Assembly (NCBI RefSeq): GCF_002571385.2
Contig: NW_019217789.1
Location: 656,916 to 720,915 of the forward strand
DNA from: Stylophora pistillata
Taxonomy: Eukaryota
DNA length: 64,000 bases
Reading direction: 5' to 3'
A program made the position numbers and the translations under genes. The notes under the pieces were generated by a model. It saw nothing but the letters and a program-made list of their open reading frames with translations. It made no database searches and was not told the origin of the DNA. This document shows, piece after piece, positions 36,301 through 45,448 of the stretch. The stretch's first letter is position 1. Each line of letters starts with the position of its first letter.

Positions 36301-39300
36301 TTTATCGAAGCCATCGATTCGCTGAATGTCTCAAATGCAAAGTGGGAATGGTGTGCCAAGATGACTATGCCTCATTAAAATCTGGATTTTGGTGGCAGTG
36401 GCGTAACGAGTCATACAAACATCGCTACCAGCAGTTCGTACATAATCTTTTGGTAGCTTCTCCAGCGCTGGATAGCTCCTCCATTCAATATCCGCATGCT
36501 ATCCCAACAGCTTATAGGTGCCAGGTAGAGAAATCTTGCAAAGGTGGCTTGGAATCACCATGTGGAAAAGGGTATCAAGGACCACTTTGCGCAGTTTGTA
36601 GTTCAGGATATCACAAACAACTGGAGTCCTGTGAAAAATGTCCGTCAAAGGCGTGGATTGCGGTACAGTTGTCCATTGTCGTACTCATTCTATGTCTACT
36701 ACTGACATTTTTGATATTGAAGAGAAAATCAAAATTTGAAAAAGACGAAGGCCACTATCTGATGGACGTGTTTTTTTCCAAAATCAAAATACTGGTTGGT
36801 TTTTATCAGGTCACGCACGGCTTGCTAGAAGTCTTCTCGTACATTCAATGGCCAGATTCTTTGCAAGGTGTCGCCACATACTCCGGAATACTCCAGTTAA
36901 ATATGCTTCAGATCGCACCCATCCACTGCCTTTTTCCAGGGTTACACCTAAATACCTTTGGAGAATTGCTCCTGATGTTAACTTTGAATTTGACGGTCAT
37001 TAGCGTCTCTGGTATATGTCTCCTAATCTATAAGATAGTAATCTCGAAGAGTCATAACCTTGACGAAGACGAAAAGTCGACCAAAATCAACCAAACAAAA
37101 CAGCTCGTTTACAAAAATTTGTTTTTCTTCCTGTACGTAACATACCTGAGTACACTTTCCAAGACAGCCAGCGTTCTCCCATTTGCATGCCGGAAATTAT
37201 GCAGAGATGAAAAGGAGGAGATGTGTGAAGAATACGTTAAAGCAGATTACAGCATTCAGTGTCAAGGATCCTTATATAACCATTGGCTGATCTTGGCATA
37301 CATTTCGACCGCATACGTTTTTGCCTTGCCTGCCGCTTCGTTTATCGTACTTTGGAGGCAACGGAGAGTGTTATCATCTTCGACAAGGAATAGGGACTCT
37401 GGCACGGAGGTCATCGAGGGTTTGAGATTCCTTTTTGAAAATTACAAATCCACTCTCTGGTACTGGGAACTAGTTGAAATGTCTCGTAAAGCTGTTCTTA
37501 CTTCTGGCCTTATCCTTGTAGGACAAGAGAGCAGGTCTTATATTGGTTTGGCATGGGTGGTTGCTGGTATTTATGGAGTGCTCTTCTCCTGGATGAAACC
37601 CGTACAAGTCACTTCCGAAAACAGACTGATGTCCACGTCCCTCGCTGTCACCATTGTTAACTTGGGCGTTGGCGCTGTGAGCAGAATCCCCGCAGAAAAT
37701 ATTTCACATGAGGTGGACAAACAAAAAGACGAACTTATGATGAAAATACTTATCCTTGGAGCAAATGCTATGGTGATTTGTCTACTTGTCGGTAAGGCTG
37801 GATTAAAGGTACTCCGTATTTTTAACAGTTGATCGGCACGTCATCGCAAGTTGACTCTTTCTCCATCATATAGGGGAAAAATTTCAATTAACAGGATTCA
37901 CGTCGTCTTAAATTTTGAGCGAACGTTAGTTACGCCTAAAAGATAGCCAAAAGTGGATCCGATCTCATTATGGCTTAAGCCTTTAAACGGTGTAGAAAAA
38001 TCCCAGCAGTGGATGCCGTTAAGGCCTTACTATGTTGGCCCAGCGATGAGATGAAAGCAGTGATAGCTTTAAGTAGCGGACTGAATGACTACATTGCATT
38101 GCGTGGCTAGTGCAAATAACATCCGATTATTAACAATGGAGCGAAACGAGTGAGGCAAAGAAAATGTACTGTCGTCATAGGAGCGGAAATATTAGAAGAC
38201 ATATTATTACGTATATTTTTGGCAACAACTGTTTGGCAACCTTCGACGAAAATAACCATTTGGGGATTTTAGGTTCAAAACAGAGCTGTCACCGTCAAAT
38301 ACAATATTCTCTTTTTTGCTGATTTGTTTCTGTTACTTTGATTATACTCAACTTTCCGCTTCTGTAAATCAAAACGTGAATGATCTCTGTGTTTAGAATC
38401 AGTTAACGTTTGGAACGTATTGACCGTTTTAGCTCATGATGTAATTAGTGTTTCTATATTCCCTTTTAAGGGCTTCTTAGGATTCCCTGACATGATAGAA
38501 AATATGATTTAAATTGACTTCCTATATGACGTTTCTCTGCAGCCAATAGCGTCGGTTGAAAGACAAGCTCCTCAAGGCTCACTTTAAGTTAGGTTTGCTA
38601 TATGCAGCATGATATCCTGAATTCGTGGCTTTGATAAAAAATTTACATTTGATTGAACTATTCCAATTTTATCTCTGCCACAGGTCAGTATTTGATGTCT
38701 TTATATGAGGATTTAAAGGAGTGGCGCAAAAACCCACAATGTTCCTTTTCCTGTTGCCTGGCTTTGCTTCTTCCTCTTAACGACTTGCAAGGAGAAATTC
38801 GAGGAATGGTTGGCCAAGACCTCATGAAAACTCAACTTGACTCAGGGATGTTGGAGAAACCGAACGTTACTGCTTCTGCGCAAGATAGTGGTGCTATGAG
38901 CTTTGCTATTTGTGGCGAAGAGTTTGAACGCGAAAATGAAGTCAAAACGGAATTTCGCTACCGAGAGGACGACGTCAGAGAGAACAACAAAAAATATAAT
39001 TGTTGGACACAAACAAAAGTTGCAATGCCACCATTTGCTTCCATCGTGGGATCGGAATCGACGAAAGGGCAGCAGAGGATACATAAGTGAGTGTGAAAAT
39101 TATCTAGACTAAATGATTTTAATGTAACGCAGGAAACCTCGCAAGTGGCATATTTTAACCACCTAAGCTACCATAGCCGAACCTCTATTTAACATTCCTA
39201 CACCAAATCTCTTATTGCTGGCATACTATCTGGCACACGCTATATTGCACAAATACTGGGCGTTTGGTTCACTGTTATTATGATACATAAGCCGCGCTTT

Positions 39301-40387
39301 AGGAACGTCATACAGCTTGAAACAAAGTAGAAAAAAAAGGTTACTAAGTCACTTGTATTCTTGCTCATTAGAAATGTGACTCGCCTGGCGTGCCATTTAA
39401 TGACAGGTTGCGGCATTGAACGTTGATTTGCTTTAAAGTATAGCATAGGCATTTCTTAATTTCTTCTCAAAGTCCGCATTACATTCCTTTAGTCGATTTT
39501 ATTACTTTGCAGGTCTATTACCTAAGTTGGTTAGGAAAATTCCAAAAACTTAGTGTAAACCTATGATCAAAACGCACTTGAAAGGGGCTATCAGTGAAGA
39601 GAGCATCACTTCGAGCAAAAAGTGTCACACAATGCCCATTTGGCCGGAACTTCTGATCTCACACGAGGTGAAGAGACCATCTGAGAACGGGAAAAGTCAA
39701 CAGAACTTTAGATTGAGTGTGCCTCGCAGCCATGCAGTTCTTAGTTAGCATTGACAAACTTGATAACGTATTACTTTCAAAGTTGTCTTTTTGCACGGAA
39801 AATGAATAGATGTAAAAGGTCCTTAAACTTTAGCTAAAAGTTTCAAGAAAACTGCGCCCTTAAATACACTGTAAATGTTTCTTAAGTAACCTTACTCACT
39901 TTATTTGTTCAGACGTGAGCCATCTAAGAATCAAATCCCGACCAGTGAAAAAAGGAGTACGGTATCAGCAAGACACAAGGCATGCATGAAGAATAAATTA
40001 GAGGGTAAAGCACCTGAAAACCTAATGGCAGGCACGAAACATGAGGCAGATTGTAGCTCACCAGCAAAGCAGAAGGGAGGAGCTACAAATGGAGCAAAGG
40101 GAATTCAACAAGTAAAGCAGAACGCATCCATGAAGAATGAAGTAGAGGGTATTGCATCAGCAAAGAAGAAAGGAAACTTGAAGAGTGACGTGAACAGTAA
40201 TACAAATACAAAGCAGAAGAAAGGCATGAGGAATAAAGCAGAGGGTAAAGCTTTACGAAAGCGAAGGGGAAGAATGGCAAATGAAGCAGAAGGTGTTGTG
40301 GCAGCCGAACGGATGGAAGGCACAAATTGTGACGTAAGGATTAAAAAACAGGCTGAGCAGAAGAAACACGAGTCCATGAACTGTTAA
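12299..40387 (+). CDS. Receptor gene B: SP-CUB-Ig-CUB-Ig-LRRNT-LRRx8-Cys-rich-about 9 TM-repeat tail (about 1568 aa, 22 coding exons seen)
   Basis: Exons 12299-12386, 13172-13328, 13553-13725, 16577-16807, 18955-19111, 19286-19458, 20097-20321, 20745-20862, 21280-21351, 26975-27046, 28001-28072, 31199-31270, 31654-31725, 32685-32756, 33195-33269, 33741-33815, 34276-34347, 34919-35100, 35490-35615, 36247-37791, 38684-39086, 39913-40387. They sum to 4707 nt, in frame, all GT-AG. Linkage across the N-gap at 21404-22114 is inferred. Confidence 0.82.
13172..13725 (+). CDS. Gene B CUB domain 1 (two exons)
   Basis: GCG...LKSPGYPDKFYPSNMDCVY...IYFDYFQL / FDYVEI...GTFCG...IRFHSDSIVQKRGFSLLF, matching the CUB consensus. 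Confidence 0.9.
13766..16198 (+). mobile_element. Degenerate L2/CR1-clade LINE (endonuclease remnant plus RT), intronic
   Basis: LIDNIF and SDH endonuclease motifs; YRPISLL, QYGFR, DLRKAFDTVNH, GVPQ.SVLG.LLFLIYVND, LFADD and KYLGV RT motifs with frameshifts and stops; internal deletion near 14330; 3' stem-loop 16108-16140, AATAAA at 16174, (TTGTAAAC)2 tail. Confidence 0.92.
16577..16807 (+). CDS. Gene B Ig-like domain 1
   Basis: PPNISMP...VTCLVTGSPP...EEGNYSCVVTNKYG Ig pattern; phase 1-1 exon; unusual GAG acceptor. Confidence 0.8.
17967..18204. mobile_element. PIF/Harbinger-type MITE
   Basis: TIRs GGCCGGGTTGTTCAAAGCTG / CAGCGTTCGAACAACTGGGCC, internal inverted TAACCCAGGGTTAG motifs, 3-bp TSD CTG (17964-17966, 18205-18207). 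Confidence 0.75.
18955..19458 (+). CDS. Gene B CUB domain 2 (two exons)
   Basis: [27 protein letters not shown] / FDFVEI...GKYCG...IRFHSDSFSSQTGFSMFF; exon sizes 157 and 173 nt, identical to CUB1. Confidence 0.9.
19654..19776. mobile_element. Truncated second copy of the 8301 palindromic element
   Basis: Near-identical to about 8301-8423 (AACAAATGG...CTAGCTTCTTGAG), then truncated. Confidence 0.85.
20097..20321 (+). CDS. Gene B Ig-like domain 2
   Basis: VKCSVTGSLP...KEGNFSCVATSNYG; phase 1-1 exon, paralogous to 16577-16807. Confidence 0.85.
20745..20862 (+). CDS. Gene B LRRNT-like cap exon
   Basis: DCRPTCSL...LSCVNVTDLHLRDCLPTNIDSL; strong polypyrimidine acceptor; phase 1-2, linking Ig to the LRR exons. 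Confidence 0.75.
21280..33815 (+). CDS. Gene B array of eight single-LRR exons (72 or 75 nt, phase 2-2)
   Basis: For example NLPSNGVRSFPSGLLDKLTLLRVL, DISSNAISHVPEGLFFNLTRLEYL, DLSSNAMGSLPGRAFVKLERLRFL, YLSSNTIGSLPKGVFDKLTSLEHL, DLSSNEISSLPGGVFAKLTFLWFL, FLSGNNLTRIPSRAFFYMYQWRII; typical-class LRR consensus. Confidence 0.88.
21391..25102 (-). mobile_element. TTAA-targeting DNA transposon, Sola3-like (Kolobok is the alternative), with decayed ORF
   Basis: TTAA at 21387-21390 and 25103-25106; termini GAGGCTGTCTCT / AGAGACAACCTC (11/12 inverted match); - strand Cys/His-rich ORF 23743-24171 (ICEKHR..MGKNWR...CQYPLH) and a stop-interrupted ORF-like segment at 22115-22460; N-gap immediately inside the left end. 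Confidence 0.7.
26081..26119. repeat. Tandem repeat (GACAAAAATGTGC)x3
   Basis: Three direct 13-bp copies. Confidence 0.9.
26162..26233 (+). pseudogene. Degenerate LRR pseudo-exon
   Basis: Exactly 72 nt, phase 2-2, AG at 26160-26161 and GT at 26234-26235; VLSLKAINSLPEKVFPKLARGYD; weak splice context and lost LRR consensus residues. Confidence 0.6.
26263..26712. other. Duplicated segment (equals about 27529-27978); probable alternative haplotype at a contig join
   Basis: About 450 bp identical except G26511/A27777; ends at the single N at 26713, after which 26211-26262 is repeated. Confidence 0.8.
29267..29949 (+). mobile_element. 5'-truncated L2/CR1-type LINE 3' end
   Basis: Translates to HAIPFF..LMYDI..APSNISNLF..VHSYGTRSS..FSRVGVRIWN (same region as 15590-15969); stem-loop 29854-29893; AATAAA plus (CT)n tail; 11-bp TSD TCTAATCATAA at 29256-29266 and 29950-29960. 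Confidence 0.88.
32985..33160. repeat. Degenerate trinucleotide (GAC/GAT/AAC) simple repeat
   Basis: Runs such as GACGATGACGATGATG and AACAACGAAGACGG within an intron. Confidence 0.6.
34073..34202 (+). mobile_element. tRNA-derived SINE fragment (A-box region deleted)
   Basis: B-box-like GGATTCAAATCCC at 34111-34123 in context GTATCGCAGAGGTCATG...CCTGAATTTTTT; resembles SINE-like repeats I recall from coral genomes (recognition, not searched). Confidence 0.6.
36247..37791 (+). CDS. Gene B large exon: Cys-rich module plus multi-pass membrane domain
   Basis: ORF 36291-37832, colinear with 3245-4771; acceptor TTTTAACAG ending 36246, donor GTAAGG at 37792. Confidence 0.93.
39913..40387 (+). CDS. 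Gene B terminal exon, Lys-rich 16-aa repeat tail
   Basis: Phase-2 join AA|A from donor GTGAGT at 39087 to acceptor TTGTTCAG; ORF 39905-40387; eight 16-aa units at 39977-40360. Confidence 0.75.
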
Positions 40388-43300
40388 TCAATCAGTAGAC
40401 TGCCTCCCGTCCCATAATTTACAAAGCCATGCATTAATTAAACTAGAGTAGCGACATTTTAATATCCATAAGAAAATTAGATTACTAGAAAATTAAGAAA
40501 AGGCATGTTGTATGACAAGGACATCGTTCATGATAAAAAGTATCCTTTAAGACCATGTATTGGTATTAAACCAAACATTTCGTGATGTTTCTCAATATTT
40601 ACATTCATTTCTCTAATATCGTCGTCAACATTTATGCATGAAATCGCAAGGTTGCTACTTAGTAGTTAATAAAGGCGGGGGTCGTCCAAGACCTTCCTCA
40701 ACCCATGAGGTTTTTGGACGCAATAGCTGAGAGGTCGGAGTAGCCAGGTTATAAATTCCTACAGCATTGAGTTGTCTGGAGAAGAAGAAATGTCTGAAAT
40801 TGCTTAATGGTCGCTCAGCAGCTTTACACTATGGAAAAAAAACAACAACAGCAGTAACAAAAGCTAAAATCAAAACAAAACAGGCGATATCAAGTTAGGC
40901 GTCACCAAATCCAAAACAATGGTGGCAGTCATTCCTCAAAGTGACGATTGGAATTACACTTAGCTTGAACAAGCTGCCGCAACGCCAAATATGAAGTCCT
41001 TTTAAACTTCTCAACACTATTTTAAGATCTCATGAAATGCCTAACCAACCTTAAATCGCTCAAATATTTCGCATAATTCTCTAGCGGCAGAGTTAGTAGC
41101 GATATGTAATTTCTACATAATCTTACCACACGGATATAGCTGGAGCACAACGAAACAACACTTGTTGTATTATACAATACGTTCAATGCTTTCACTTGAG
41201 GGAAATGTAGAATGACAAGTTAAGTATGATATGTTGCTTTTTCGCGACGAAAAAACGACATGCTAAGCTATTAAGATACTCATTTAACGGACCTCAACAA
41301 CACACTTTGTTATGAAAAATGGTAATTGGTCAACCGGATGTGTTGGAACTCTTTAAGAGCTAACGTTAAGTCTTTTTCTCTTTTTCTAGTCAATATGTAA
41401 GTTGGAGAGCAGCTGAATAAACGTTGCTTTGTATATCACAAGCAAAAAGATTGTTGCAAATAAATAACTACGTCTACTCCGGATATAGCATCTCATTTTA
41501 GCTGTTAGAATGAAGTAAACTCCGCGACTCGATAAAAATAAAAGACTGGCGTCTACGTTTCAAAGATGCAATTGAGTCTTTACTCATATTTTTGGCATAC
41601 CGTGATGAGTAGAGGCTGCTCACTTTACTAACGAACCCGAAATAATTTTTTTGGCAACATTTTTGAGTAACTTTGTCTAATTAACCTTATGACTTGAAAG
41701 GGTTATTTCTTTTAAGTAGCCGTGTAACAGTCTATCAACTTCTACCATTTCGATCGAGTTCATGATTCAGTTTGGGTTGATCCTTGATTTCTCTCACTGA
41801 AGGTGCGACTATTTGTTTTTATTTAACTACTTGATCTGAAGTATGCCTTAACTGTGAATTCTCTTTGGTATCATTTCAGTTAATTTAAAATTCTGCAAAA
41901 AGAGAGAGCACTTCCAAGGAAAGCCTGATTAGTTATGTTTTGAAGAATTTGAAAGTAAAATTGGAAGGGTGAAAGTTTTTTATGAAGGAGGTAGATTTCT
42001 CCCGTTTTTCCCGAAAAATGAAAATAATAAACAGTTTAAGAACCACACAGACTCCTTATTTCTACCCAGGATGCTTTGCTAAGAAAACTATGGCCAAAAT
42101 TTGATTCAAAATTGCCTTACACCCACCAAGCTTTCTCCTTTCATTCATATAATAACAGCTTCAGCTATCTTCTCAACGATAAATTTATGGTTATGAGATG
42201 TAAATTGTTACATTATTAAAGCTCACAGAGTCATGAAAGTGTTAGGTTTAAAATGTGGACCAGTGAAAGAAAACAAATGAGAACTTACGAAATGTCCCCC
42301 CCCTTTCCCATCCCCTCCCATTCAGGAAAAAGACTATCTCACAAACGGTAAATTTGCGCGCTTTAATTTTGTGAATTCACCTCGTGATTAACATGATTAT
42401 ATAATTGCTTCAAGAAAGATGGTATAAATCTACGGAAATTATCGATAAATGATAAATATTTTGGCTACGTCTAGAAAAATAATGCCTTACAGTTTGACTC
42501 TGATACTCACTGGCAAGGACAGAGTTAAGAAGTCTCCTGAGCTTTTCAGTGAAAAAAAAAATGTTCGGTGGGTCACAAGTAACTGAGAATCAGCGAAAAA
42601 TCAAAATCTACCTTGAAGTAGTGTTCCAGGTAGTAAATTGAAACAATGCCCCTCGTGTCCTTCCTCCCCACGGGACACATTTACTCAGTATGGTTATTTT
42701 TTGCATGCCGAGTCTCTCTGAACATTTCTTGCTTCCTAAATTTAACAGTGTTGGGGAAAGCAGAAGAAAATCTATGTGGAAAATCTTTGGAAAATACATT
42801 ATCGCATGTAATTAACTGAGAGGAAGTCAAAATAAACTGAATTTGACGGCCAGGCGCTAACCACAAACAAAGTTTGGTAAATTTTATTGCCAATAATTAT
42901 GTTTTCGAGAAAGCCCTCCTAGTAAAATTTTTTAGTGATCGGAAAAAATGAAAACCTAATATATTTTCGGGAAACTTTTTAACAGGAGCCAACCTTGATG
43001 CTCAATTATTTTGTGAAAATTATTCGATTCATATCCTGCTTTAATGCAGAAGTTCCCGTCAGGGACTTTGTATAATAGCACCTGCCCTAACTTAGACTTG
43101 CTCACAAGTGGCGCTTTTGAGCGCGTAGCGCGACAGTGAGCGCGAAGCGTGAGCGAGCTGAGCCGAGCGAGCGAAAGCGCATCGTACAACCAGCTGAAAA
43201 TTTAAGTTTTAGGAAAAGCTTCTACATAAACAAACAGCTAAGCAAAACACTCGGAACGAATTTTACCCAGACAGGTTTCATGTTTCAAGATCTTGCGCGC

Positions 43301-44135
43301 GTGATCTGTTTGATTGACGTGCGGCTTGATAAGGCTGTCTCTGATTGGATAAAATTACAGGAGGAAAATTCCTCCTGTAAATTTGGCGCGCAGCAAGGGA
43401 TAAGAGTCGTTCGTGCGGGTCCAACCGCACCAGAACAGAAAACAAAGCGAACGACTTTGAGAAAGTCTAGCCCTAACTGTCAAACCAGTCTAAGCATGAG
43501 GTAAAATAAGCCAAAGACAACTTCTTTCCTGCCTGCACGTCTTTATTTGCGAAGGTCAATATTTAGTAATTCAATTATAAAGCCCATTTCTCAATCAATG
43601 TTAAGATTTCGCATAAGTGCTTTTCCGTCTGAATAACGTATGCAGGATTAATGTAATCTCATATGTCGGTAAAAAGTCGATCTCAATTTGGCAGACAAGC
43701 GCCGGCCGCCTGTGGATTTCTTAATATCCTGCAGTCACGTTCGAAACAAAATACTTACCTTCTTTGAAAATAATGGTAATTGAAAACCAGGAGTAATTGA
43801 TTAACAAAGATATCAGTTACTTGCAAATGTAATATTTCCGTGCAAATAGTGGATATGATAGTTGCGAATAGTTCACCTTCAGGTCATCAAACGTATTTCA
43901 GTGTTATCTCAGTTCAAGAATATCCATGTTAATCGCTTTAATCTTTTTCTTATGACTTGTTTTATTGGTGATAAACCCAAACTTCGACAAACTGTTTCTA
44001 TTCATATTCATCTCCTAGTGCTAGACTTCTGATGCTAATTGATAAGTTTCATAAGCATTTGATAATAAAGACACGAAAGAAGAAACAAGCGTTACTTGGA
44101 AATAAACATTAATTGTCCTACACAAGAACTGGCTA

Positions 44136-45448
44136 AGGGAAGGTACGTTTTTTATTGGGGGGTGGGCTGAGGTATTTTAGAAATTTTTTGCCAAAAAAGT
44201 CGTGGCCCTCCCACTTTCCAGATTGGATTAATGCATGACTCTTAATAAATGCCTAAACAAAAAGGATCTGACCCTTCCCCCACATCCTCCAAGACAAAAA
44301 CAACCGGAAGTGAAAATAACTGACCGGAAGTGTTGCTCGCATAACCGTGTCTGCGCACAAAGCAGTTAATTGCGTGGCGTTGTACGATGAAAACTTGAAA
44401 CTGGGCAAGGATGTGCCAGGAATAGAAAGAGGGAAATGCGCTTGTGGAGAATGCCAGGATTTCATGAGGTAAGATGGAGCAACTTGTNNNNNNNNNNNNN
44501 NNNNNNNNNNNNNNNNNNNNNNNNNNNNNNNNNNNNNNNNNNNNNNNNNNNNNNNNNNNNNNNNNNNNNNNNNNNNNNNNNNNNNNNNNNNNNNNNNNNN
44601 NNNNNNNNNNNNNNNNNNNNNNNNNNNNNNNNNNNNNNNNNNNNNNNNNNNNNNNNNNNNNNNNNNNNNNNNNNNNNNNNNNNNNNNNNNNNNNNNNNNN
44701 NNNNNNNNNNNNNNNNNNNNNNNNNNNNNNNNNNNNNNNNNNNNNNNNNNNNNNNNNNNNNNNNNNNNNNNNNNNNNNNNNNNNNNNNNNNNNNNNNNNN
44801 NNNNNNNNNNNNNNNNNNNNNNNNNNNNNNNNNNNNNNNNNNNNNNNNNNNNNNNNNNNNNNNNNNNNNNNNNNNNNNNNNNNNNNNNNNNNNNNNNNNN
44901 NNNNNNNNNNNNNNNNNNNNNNNNNNNNNNNNNNNNNNNNNNNNNNNNNNNNNNNNNNNNNNNNNNNNNNNNNNNNNNNNNNNNNNNNNNNNNNNNNNNN
45001 NNNNNNNNNNNNNNNNNNNNNNNNNNNNNNNNNNNNNNNNNNNNNNNNNNNNNNNNNNNNNNNNNNNNNNNNNNNNNNNNNNNNNNNNNNNNNNNNNNNN
45101 NNNNNNNNNNNNNNNNNNNNNNNNNNNNNNNNNNNNNNNNNNNNNNNNNNNNNNNNNNNNNNNNNNNNNNNNNNNNNNNNNNNNNNNNNNNNNNNNNNNN
45201 NNNNNNNNNNNNNNNNNNNNNNNNNNNNNNNNNNNNNNNNNNNNNNNNNNNNNNNNNNNNNNNNNNNNNNNNNNNNNNNNNNNNNNNNNNNNNNNNNNNN
45301 NNNNNNNNNNNNNNNNNNNNNNNNNNNNNNNNNNNNNNNNNNNNNNNNNNNNNNNNNNNNNNNNNNNNNNNNNNNNNNNNNNNNNNNNNNNNNNNNNNNN
45401 NNNNNNNNNNNNNNNNNNNNNNNNNNNNATAAAAAACGTACCTTCCCT
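44136..45448. mobile_element. TIR DNA element (AGGGAAGGTACG termini, TA TSD), interior mostly gap
   Basis: Perfect 22-bp inverted match TAAGGGAAGGTACGTTTTTTAT (44134-44155 / 45429-45450), including the flanking TA. Confidence 0.8.

Noticed and set aside
43085-43400. GC-rich GCGAAGC/GCGAGC cluster, hairpin and 122-aa ORF 43136-43504
   Set aside because: Looks like the interior of a non-autonomous repeat; ends could not be defined and the ORF has no recognisable motifs.
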